Source of the DNA: Sedimentisphaera cyanobacteriorum
GTDB taxonomy: Bacteria; Planctomycetota; Phycisphaerae; Sedimentisphaerales; Sedimentisphaeraceae
Assembly (NCBI RefSeq): GCF_001997385.1
Contig: NZ_CP019633.1
Location: 540,001 to 572,000, forward strand
DNA length: 32,000 bases
Direction of reading: 5' to 3'
The translations under genes and the position numbers were made by a program. Within the stretch, counting starts at the first letter, position 1. Every line of letters starts with the position of its first letter. The notes below the pieces were generated by a model. That model ran no database searches. It saw nothing but the letters and a program-made list of their open reading frames with translations, and was not told the origin of the DNA. Below are positions 23,797 to 30,401 of this stretch, piece after piece.

Positions 23797-25974
23797 ATGA
23801 CGAAAATATATAAAATTCTTGTTTTAATGTTTTGTCTTGCCGCATTCTCAGCAGCGTTTGCTGGGGAAATAGTGCCCGGATTTGATGATGCTGATGCCCT
23901 TGTTGACTACTCCGAGCGTCAGGTTCAAAACAATGATGATATGCCTGCAATTCAGGGTTCAGGTCTGATGACCATGGCAGCCAAATTTACACCTTCAGAA
24001 GCGGATATTACAAAAGATGACGGCCCTGTGATCGTTATAGAAGTAGGCGGTACGACTTTTGGAACTGGTGTCTATATCTGCGATGGTATGCTTACGTTCT
24101 GCTCTAAGGGAGCTAATGGAAGCGGCGGTCTTGGAGTAGCTATTGCTGATCTCAACGATACTGACGCATCAGACAGCGCTTTTGGGGTTGCTATGGGGCC
24201 GGTTTATGCCGGCGTTGAAACGAGAGCCTTTGCCTCTTTTAACACAAATACCGGCGAGCTTGCAGTTATGATTAACGGATGGCTCTATGAGGAAACTATA
24301 TCCGGTACAGTTGGAACGGCTAACCTTACTGGAAGCAAAACTGTGAGCGTATTGAATCAGGTTCCTGGGGCAGGTGAAAGCTACGATTTCGGCAATATGG
24401 GCGGCCTCAGCGGTGGTGATTCTCATATTCTGGCAACTACAGATAACGTAGTTGCTATGGATACTGAATCAGGCTCTGCTGTAAGAGGGCAGATTTTCGA
24501 GGATGTTGTTGACTTGGAAACACTCCCGAGAAATCCTGTGCCTGCAAATAATTCTGAAAATATAGACCCTGTCGCTGTAACATCAGTTCAGTTTGATACT
24601 GCAGGCGACCCGGCAGATACAGCTAACCCTAACCCCGACGTTACAGGGCACTTTGTAACGATTTACTCAACATTCGACCCGGCAAATCCAGCCAATAATG
24701 TAGCTGCTGTTGATACTTTCGTTACCGCAGGCAGCGATCCTGCCCAAGTGCCATATACATTCAATCTTGGCGATGAAGTATTCTGGCAGGTTGAAGAGCA
24801 GGTAAATGGCGCATCCAAAGGTGATCCGTCGAATATTGTCGGTCCGGTGTGGGAGTTTAAGGCGCTGCCTGCAGTACCTGCAATAACCGCTTCCCCTGAA
24901 GACAAGGCAGATTTCCCGGGCTCTGAGTTCACCTTTAATGCTGCATTTACAAGCAAAACTCCAGCAAGTGTTCAATGGATTAAGGCAGGGGACCCTGAAA
25001 TCATCCTCGATGAAAGCGACCCTGATATAACTATCTCCGGCTCTCGGCACGGCGACAGCTATACATCCGGCCTGACTATTTCAAATATCGAAAAGGCCGA
25101 TCAGGGAGAGTATTTTTGCAGGGCTGTTAATGCAGACGGCATCGCAGATTCTGATTCTGCAATGCTCGGCGTTAAGCGTATGATTGGCTACTGGCCTCTC
25201 GACGGTGATTATCAGGACTATTCTGGTGATGAGCATCACGCAGATCCGAACACTACGCCTCTGGCAAGTCAGTGGGTTGATGGTGTTGACCCTGCTGCAA
25301 CAGGCCAGGCTCTCGATACAGAGCCTAACGCTCTCGTTGCTGCATCTACCGAGCCCTACGAGCCGGCGAAATACACAGATGAGCTTTCCATATCTCTCTG
25401 GATTAAATGGAGCGGCGAGCCTAATCCGGATGAAATTTTTGGAGGCCTTGTTTGCAGCCACGGCCAAAACACAACAGAAAACGGCAACAACTGGTTCTTC
25501 GAGCTGACAAACAACGGCCAGGTTAGCGCCAATGCACCCGGCTACAATGGCTGGGGTGTTCCGGATGCGCATTATCTCGTGCCCGGCGAATGGGCTCATG
25601 TTGCCCTTGTTAATGAGTCCGGAGAGATGGGCAAGCTATACGTAAACGGCGCACTTGTTGAGATTGATGAAAGCTATCAGGTTACCAAGGCCGAGAATCC
25701 TGTTTATCTGATGTGCAGCAACATAGATGCAGCAGGTACGTTAATACAGACTACTTTGGGTGTTTTCGATGAGATAAAGATGTACAACTATGCCCTCACA
25801 ACCGATGATATTGCTCAGGAGTATTACGATATCACAGGTGAAACTTTCTGTAAAGAACCGTACTCTGATGCTTTGATGTATGATTTCAACGGCAACTGCC
25901 GTGTTGATCTTGCTGATTTTGCAATATTCGCACTGGACTGGCAGGAATCGAACCTGTATCCAAAAGTAGAATAA
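23797..25974 (+). CDS. Secreted multidomain LamG / Ig-like / LamG / dockerin-like protein (paralog 2 of the upstream gene)
   Basis: 725 aa from ATG 23797 (GGAG RBS at 23785; the ORF-track GTG 23767 is unlikely). Signal peptide MTKIYKILVLMFCLAAFSAAFA|GE. It is co-linear with paralog 1 over its whole length, at roughly half identical residues by eye: AGEIVP.FDD.DALVDY, AAKFTPS.AD.T.D.GPV.VIE.GGTT.G, NPDVTGHFVT.Y, KRMI.YWPLDGDYQDYSG, MYNYAL and the C-terminal DF.G.C.VD..D.A...LDW. Confidence 0.8.
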   Translation: MTKIYKILVLMFCLAAFSAAFAGEIVPGFDDADALVDYSERQVQNNDDMPAIQGSGLMTMAAKFTPSEADITKDDGPVIVIEVGGTTFGTGVYICDGMLTFCSKGANGSGGLGVAIADLNDTDASDSAFGVAMGPVYAGVETRAFASFNTNTGELAVMINGWLYEETISGTVGTANLTGSKTVSVLNQVPGAGESYDFGNMGGLSGGDSHILATTDNVVAMDTESGSAVRGQIFEDVVDLETLPRNPVPANNSENIDPVAVTSVQFDTAGDPADTANPNPDVTGHFVTIYSTFDPANPANNVAAVDTFVTAGSDPAQVPYTFNLGDEVFWQVEEQVNGASKGDPSNIVGPVWEFKALPAVPAITASPEDKADFPGSEFTFNAAFTSKTPASVQWIKAGDPEIILDESDPDITISGSRHGDSYTSGLTISNIEKADQGEYFCRAVNADGIADSDSAMLGVKRMIGYWPLDGDYQDYSGDEHHADPNTTPLASQWVDGVDPAATGQALDTEPNALVAASTEPYEPAKYTDELSISLWIKWSGEPNPDEIFGGLVCSHGQNTTENGNNWFFELTNNGQVSANAPGYNGWGVPDAHYLVPGEWAHVALVNESGEMGKLYVNGALVEIDESYQVTKAENPVYLMCSNIDAAGTLIQTTLGVFDEIKMYNYALTTDDIAQEYYDITGETFCKEPYSDALMYDFNGNCRVDLADFAIFALDWQESNLYPKVE

Positions 25975-26001
25975 TCTCTTGAAAAATATTCTATAAATAT
26001 A

Positions 26002-26035
26002 AAGAGCCTTCTCAGTTTTTGAGGAGGCTCTTTTC
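26002..26035 (+). terminator. Rho-independent terminator candidate after paralog 2
   Basis: AAGAGCCTTCTC (26002-26013) pairs with GAGGAGGCTCTT (26021-26032), 12 bp including one G-U pair. The loop is AGTTTTT and a short T run follows. Confidence 0.55.
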
Positions 26036-26137
26036 AGTTTCGAGTTTACAGTTTGAATTAGCCCCGATTTCTCACTTAGGGGGTAAAATGTGCGTTTTTA
26101 CCCCCGTCAGAGGGGTTGGTCTGTCGCCAAAGATGTG

Positions 26138-26587
26138 TTATTTTTTCAGTTTCCCGCTGTATATTTTCGGAGGTTTTTGCGGCGGCAGTTCTATCTTCAA
26201 TTTCTGCAGCAGCAGCTTGTGTTCGTCTTCCGGTTCGGTATATCTCTGCATAAGCAGAGTTCTGCTGTCTTGCGTTTCAAATGAAACATCCAGCATCTGG
26301 ATCCGAGACATTGCTGCTAATGCCGCCTGAGCAGTCATCCCGCAGGCGCTTGCCCTGAGCTTATGCCTCAGTGTTACTTGCAAACAATAGCTCATAAACG
26401 CTACAAACACGTGAGCCTCAACCCTGTCTTGCTTATGGTGATAGACAGGACGAATTCCCAGATCGCTCTTGAGCTCCCTGAATGCCTGCTCAACGTTGCA
26501 CTGAAGCATATATTCCTTCCACAGGGCTGCACCATCCTTGCCAGACTGGTTTGTACGCAAAAAGTATGTGCCGTCGCGGTATATCAT
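26138..26587 (-). pseudogene. Truncated IS4-superfamily (IS1634-like) transposase; only the C-terminal roughly 149 aa remain
   Basis: EYMLQCNVEQAFRELKSDLGIRPVYHHKQDRVEAHVFVAFMSY is the Y-x2-[R/Q]-x3-E-x6-K catalytic-E region found near the C-terminus of IS4/IS1634 transposases, which are normally 450-600 aa. No upstream D-D portion is present. An in-frame stop lies 1 codon upstream of the ATG, at the edge of a palindrome. Confidence 0.7.
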
Positions 26588-26589
26588 TT

Positions 26590-26634
26590 CTTAGATTTTA
26601 ATTTGAAGCGTTGCGCTTCAAATTAAAATCTAAG
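26590..26634. repeat. Perfect 45-nt palindrome (21-bp arms, 3-nt centre)
   Basis: CTTAGATTTTAATTTGAAGCG (26590-26610), TTG, then CGCTTCAAATTAAAATCTAAG (26614-26634). The arms are exact reverse complements. It lies 2 nt from the 5' end of the transposase remnant ORF. Confidence 0.9.
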
Positions 26635-26724
26635 TCAAAAAACAGACATAACAAATAATGCAAGCTTTCTAACTAAAGCAAAAGCATGCTCTCATTTTTA
26701 AGTTTTCGGCAGATTTTCTGCGTT

Positions 26725-27486
26725 TCACAGCCTTACCGGCACGCCTCTTGACTGCAAATATTTCTTTGTTTCTTCTATTGTGTATGTCCCGTAATGGAAT
26801 ACGCTCGCAGCAAGCACGGCTTCTGCTTTTCCTTCCTGCAGAGCCTCGCGGAAGGTATCCAGCTCGCCCGCTCCGCCTGAAGCGATTACGGGGATATCCA
26901 CCGCCTCCGCCACAGCTCTCGTGAGAGGGATGTCGTAGCCGTCTTTTGTGCCGTCTGCATCCATGGATGTGAGCAGTATCTCGCCTGCTCCGAGCTCTTC
27001 TGCCCTCTGAGCCCATTCTATCGCTTCAATATCAGTAGGCTCTGTCCCGCCTTTGAGGTGCACGAGCCATCTGCCCTTGTCGCTGCTCCATTTTGCATCT
27101 ATCGCAAGCACAACGCACTGCGCGCCGAAACGCTCGGCAGATTCGGTTAATATTTCCGGCTTCTTAACTGCTGCTGTGTTTATCGAAACCTTATCCGCTC
27201 CGCTTTTAAGCAGAACGTTTATCTCGTCAGCAGAGCCAACGCCTCCGCCTACTGTAAACGGGATGAAAACGTTTTCCGCTACCCTCTCCACCAGATCCAC
27301 GATTGTTTTGTTTTTGCGGATAGTGGCAGTTATATCGAGGAACACAAGCTCATCAGCGCCTTCATCGCTGTATTTCTTCCCCAGTTCCACAGGATCGCCT
27401 GCGTCTCTGAGGTTAAGAAAGTTTACCCCTTTAACAACTCTGTTGTCTTTTACGTCCAGGCATGGTATCACTCGTTTTGCCAGCAT
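26725..27486 (-). CDS. hisF: Imidazole glycerol phosphate synthase, cyclase subunit
   Basis: 253 aa with [42 protein letters not shown] and SGGAG, which are HisF signature motifs. Confidence 0.93.
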   Translation of the reverse strand: MLAKRVIPCLDVKDNRVVKGVNFLNLRDAGDPVELGKKYSDEGADELVFLDITATIRKNKTIVDLVERVAENVFIPFTVGGGVGSADEINVLLKSGADKVSINTAAVKKPEILTESAERFGAQCVVLAIDAKWSSDKGRWLVHLKGGTEPTDIEAIEWAQRAEELGAGEILLTSMDADGTKDGYDIPLTRAVAEAVDIPVIASGGAGELDTFREALQEGKAEAVLAASVFHYGTYTIEETKKYLQSRGVPVRL

Positions 27487-27489
27487 AAT

Positions 27490-28098
27490 CTAACTCCTGC
27501 AAATCTTTTCGAAATTTTCCAGCACTTTCATTCCCAGCCCGCTGCTTTTCTCCGGATGAAACTGAAGCCCGAAGATGTTATCCTTTTGAACGCAGGCAAG
27601 CACATCAGTTCTCCCGTATTCTGTCATAGCCGATTCGGCTTTCTCGTCTGAAAGCAAGGCGTAGTATGAATGGGCGAAGTAAAAATATTCCTCCTCGCCG
27701 AACCCTTCAAGCAGAGGGATATCGGGGTTAATCCGAACCTTGTTCCAGCCCATATGCGGGATTATAAGCCCCTCCGGCAGCCTTTCTACTGTCCCCTGTA
27801 TCATTTCCAGCCCTCTATTAAACCCGAGCTCTGTGCTTGAATCAAAGAGCACCTGATAACCGGAGCATATCCCCAGAAGCGGCTTGCCTTTATCGGCCTC
27901 TTCCTTCAGCAGTTCGCCGCAATCCTCTCCCAGAGCGTTCATCGCATAGCCAAATGCGGCAACGCCGGGAAGGATTATGCCGTCTGAGTTTCTAATGTCC
28001 TCAGGCAGGTTTGAAAGCCTGTTTTCGCAGCCGATATTGTCGAGTGCGTTGCATACGCTTCTGATATTTCCAACTGAATAATCTATTACTGTTATCAT
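27490..28098 (-). CDS. hisH: Imidazole glycerol phosphate synthase, glutamine amidotransferase subunit
   Basis: 202 aa with MITVIDYSVGNIRSV..AL, LPGVAAFG, GICSGYQVL (catalytic Cys) and the FGLQFHPEKS class-I GATase triad. Confidence 0.92.
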   Translation of the reverse strand: MITVIDYSVGNIRSVCNALDNIGCENRLSNLPEDIRNSDGIILPGVAAFGYAMNALGEDCGELLKEEADKGKPLLGICSGYQVLFDSSTELGFNRGLEMIQGTVERLPEGLIIPHMGWNKVRINPDIPLLEGFGEEEYFYFAHSYYALLSDEKAESAMTEYGRTDVLACVQKDNIFGLQFHPEKSSGLGMKVLENFEKICRS

Positions 28099-28151
28099 AT
28101 TCTGCCTTGTTAATGCCTGCTTTCGGTGTGTGTTTTTTCCAATATGAGTTT

Positions 28152-29144
28152 TTAATCTGAAAGAATATTTTCTATTGTTTTTAGCTGTTCTTCGCTTAAC
28201 GGCTCAGCTTTGGCAAATTCAAGGCTGTCCAAGATCTGCTCAGGGCTGCTCGCTCCAACAATTGCGCTGCATACGCAATCGTCTCTTGTTGCCCACTGCA
28301 AAGCCATCTGAGCCAGCGTTTGAGACCGCTGCCGGGCAATTTCGTTGAGCCTTTTGATTTTTTCTACGAGCTTCGGCGTTATTTTCTCGCTTGAGAGGAA
28401 TGTGCCCTCTCTGGCTGCCCTTGAGCCCTCCGGTATGCCGTTGAGGTATTTGTCGGTAAGCAGCCCCTGAGCGAGCGGACTGAAAACAACGGCCGCTTTG
28501 CCTTTGGCCTTTAAAACATCCCACAAGCGAAGGTTTTCGGGTGTCCTGTCGAGCATTGAATAATTTATCTGATGAACGAGAAGGGGGGTGTCCAGCCTTT
28601 CGAAAATTTCTATAGCGTTTATGGTGTCCTGAACCTTGTATTTTGAAATCCCGGGGTAGAGAGCCTTGCCCGCCATAACCGAATCGCTGACTGCGCGAAT
28701 CGTTTCTTCGAGCGGTGTTTCCGGATCAGGCCGGTGCGTATAGAAGATATCAACGTAATCCAGCCCAAGCCTCTCGAGGCTCTGATCTAATGAAGCTGTA
28801 AGGTGTTTTCGGGAGCCCCAGTCGCCGTATGGCCCGTCCCACATTGGATGGCCGGCTTTCGTTGATACGATTATCTCATCTCTGTATGCCCCGAGCTCCT
28901 CACGCAGGATTTTTCCGAAGGTCTGCTCGGCTGCTCCCGGAGGAGGCCCGTAATTGTTGGCAAGGTCGAAGTGGGTTATGCCGCTGTCAAAAGCTGTTAA
29001 AACAGTCTGTTTGGATTTTTCGTAATCGTCTTCACGTCCGAAGTTGTGCCAGAGGCCGAGGGATAAAGGCGGGAGCTTAAGCCCGCTTTTCCCGCACCTT
29101 ACATATTCAAAATTATTGTATCTCTCGCTTTCTGCTGAATACAT
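28152..29144 (-). CDS. Aldo/keto reductase, YghZ/Gpr-like (Kv-beta subfamily; putative L-glyceraldehyde 3-phosphate reductase)
   Basis: 330 aa with Y..CGKSGLKLPPLSLGLWHNFG, FDLANNYGPPPGAAE, STKAG, DYVDIFY.HRPD and the C-terminal IVGASSPEQI. This pattern matches the AKR14/YghZ group. Confidence 0.85.
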   Translation of the reverse strand: MYSAESERYNNFEYVRCGKSGLKLPPLSLGLWHNFGREDDYEKSKQTVLTAFDSGITHFDLANNYGPPPGAAEQTFGKILREELGAYRDEIIVSTKAGHPMWDGPYGDWGSRKHLTASLDQSLERLGLDYVDIFYTHRPDPETPLEETIRAVSDSVMAGKALYPGISKYKVQDTINAIEIFERLDTPLLVHQINYSMLDRTPENLRLWDVLKAKGKAAVVFSPLAQGLLTDKYLNGIPEGSRAAREGTFLSSEKITPKLVEKIKRLNEIARQRSQTLAQMALQWATRDDCVCSAIVGASSPEQILDSLEFAKAEPLSEEQLKTIENILSD

Positions 29145-29960
29145 TTATACTCCTGAGAAGTTGCCGTATGAATATTTTCTAACTGCCGTTTGCAGCAGTA
29201 TATAATTATCGCCATTATATTCAGCAGCGATTCCTGTTATTCGGTACAGCGGGCGGAAGGGTAGGCGGCTAATCGCCCCCTTCACCCTTGCCATCTTGGC
29301 CGATTTGATTACTCTGAATTCTTGTGAGCCGAGCTGGCGTCCCATGTGCTGAGTGCGAAACACGAGGCCGTTTCCTGTATCTGCGAATTTGCCGGTAAGC
29401 CCTGCTTCAATGTGATTGGGATTTACGTTTTGGAAAATTGTGGTCTGTTCCGCGGATATGGGAGACTGCTTTTTAAGCTTTTCCATCTGCTCAATGGGCA
29501 GAAGTGAATCGCTGTGATCATCTTCTTTCTGCTTCTTTGATTTCGGCTTCTCAGGCTGTTCTTTTTTGGGCTTATCGCTTAGAGGCATCACTGAGTTTAT
29601 AAAGAGCAGATTCTCCTCATCGTATTTTGTTATGATACCCCAAACCTTGACATCTATGCTTTCCTTTTTCTCAGATTTTAGATGCTTTTCCGTCTGTTCC
29701 AGAATATTGCAGGGCAGCAGTTTAATTTTTCTGCCGGAAAATATTGTGCCCGAGGAGTCTTTTATGTCTTTTGTTGGTTTGAATACATAAGTATTATCCG
29801 GCTTGCTGAAGGATATTGTCCCTTTCTCTGAGTTTAGGGAATAGCCGTCGCTTACCAGAGTTTTCAGGGTAAAACCTGAATCGTCTTCCTTGTTGTCTTT
29901 TACCTGCTCTGCGGAGCAAAAAACAGCAGCAGCAAATATTATAAGTGAAATGATTTTCAT
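29145..29960 (-). CDS. Uncharacterised secreted protein with two related beta-rich modules separated by a lysine/glutamate-rich linker
   Basis: 271 aa with signal peptide MKIISLIIFAAAVFCSA|EQ. The internal repeat endings are VKVWGIITKYDEENLLFINSV and YRITGIAAEYNGDNYILLQTAV. The linker is KPKKEQPEKPKSKKQKEDD. Its stop TAA (29145-29147) directly abuts the ATG of the reductase gene (29142-29144). I recognise no family. Confidence 0.65.
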   Translation of the reverse strand: MKIISLIIFAAAVFCSAEQVKDNKEDDSGFTLKTLVSDGYSLNSEKGTISFSKPDNTYVFKPTKDIKDSSGTIFSGRKIKLLPCNILEQTEKHLKSEKKESIDVKVWGIITKYDEENLLFINSVMPLSDKPKKEQPEKPKSKKQKEDDHSDSLLPIEQMEKLKKQSPISAEQTTIFQNVNPNHIEAGLTGKFADTGNGLVFRTQHMGRQLGSQEFRVIKSAKMARVKGAISRLPFRPLYRITGIAAEYNGDNYILLQTAVRKYSYGNFSGV

Positions 29961-30335
29961 CTAATCTCTCCATGGCTAAATAATTGCGGCATATAATCTC
30001 ACCATCCCTGAATATATTATATCTCTCAGGCTCAAAGTCAAAAGAATAGTATGTTTAATCGATTTGCTTTGAGCGTCATTAGGCTCAGAATTATGTCATT
30101 TTTAATCTTTTCTGTGAAATGCAGTAAAGTTTATTTGTAAATCAGGGTTTTGTGCCTTTCACTTATAGATAAAGAATTAATCTGGCCTTGATTAAGACCC
30201 GCAAAATACCCAGTTTGAAATATTCAAAACTGTAATGAATCAATTAACTGAAAATTGGCTTGAACTTATTAAGCTGCTCTTCCTTTTTTTTTTGCGAGTC
30301 GGCTAGCTGCCTGCCATATCTATAGATTACAGCTG

Positions 30336-30370
30336 AAAATAAAAAAGGCCGAACGAATTTCGTCCGGCCT
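30336..30370 (-). terminator. Rho-independent terminator downstream of the PFOR gene
   Basis: AGGCCG(A)ACG-AATTT-CGT(C)CGGCCT hairpin at 30346-30370. On the minus strand it is followed by TTTTTTATTTT (rc of 30336-30346). It lies about 30 nt after the stop codon. Confidence 0.7.
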
Positions 30371-30401
30371 TTCTGTGATTTATTTTTTCTGAGAGAAAAG
30401 T

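Noticed and set aside
19956-26634. Composite-transposon interpretation of the region bounded by the two IS sequences
   Set aside because: The two flanking elements belong to different families (an IS4-type with its own duplication versus an IS1634-like remnant) and share no terminal repeats. The intact IS has its own perfect target duplication, showing a simple insertion. The region is therefore better described as a rearrangement-prone islet.
29961-30401. The 440-bp AT-rich intergenic region, including a 30-codon hydrophobic mini-ORF (30051-30143, plus strand) and the near-palindrome CAGTTTGAAATATTCAAAACTG (about 30211-30232)
   Set aside because: The mini-ORF has no RBS. The palindrome is imperfect and unrepeated. 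The only -35/-10-like pair for the downstream minus-strand gene (TTGACT/TATAAT, rc of 30036-30041 and 30016-30021) has a non-functional 14-nt spacer. This is not enough to call a feature.
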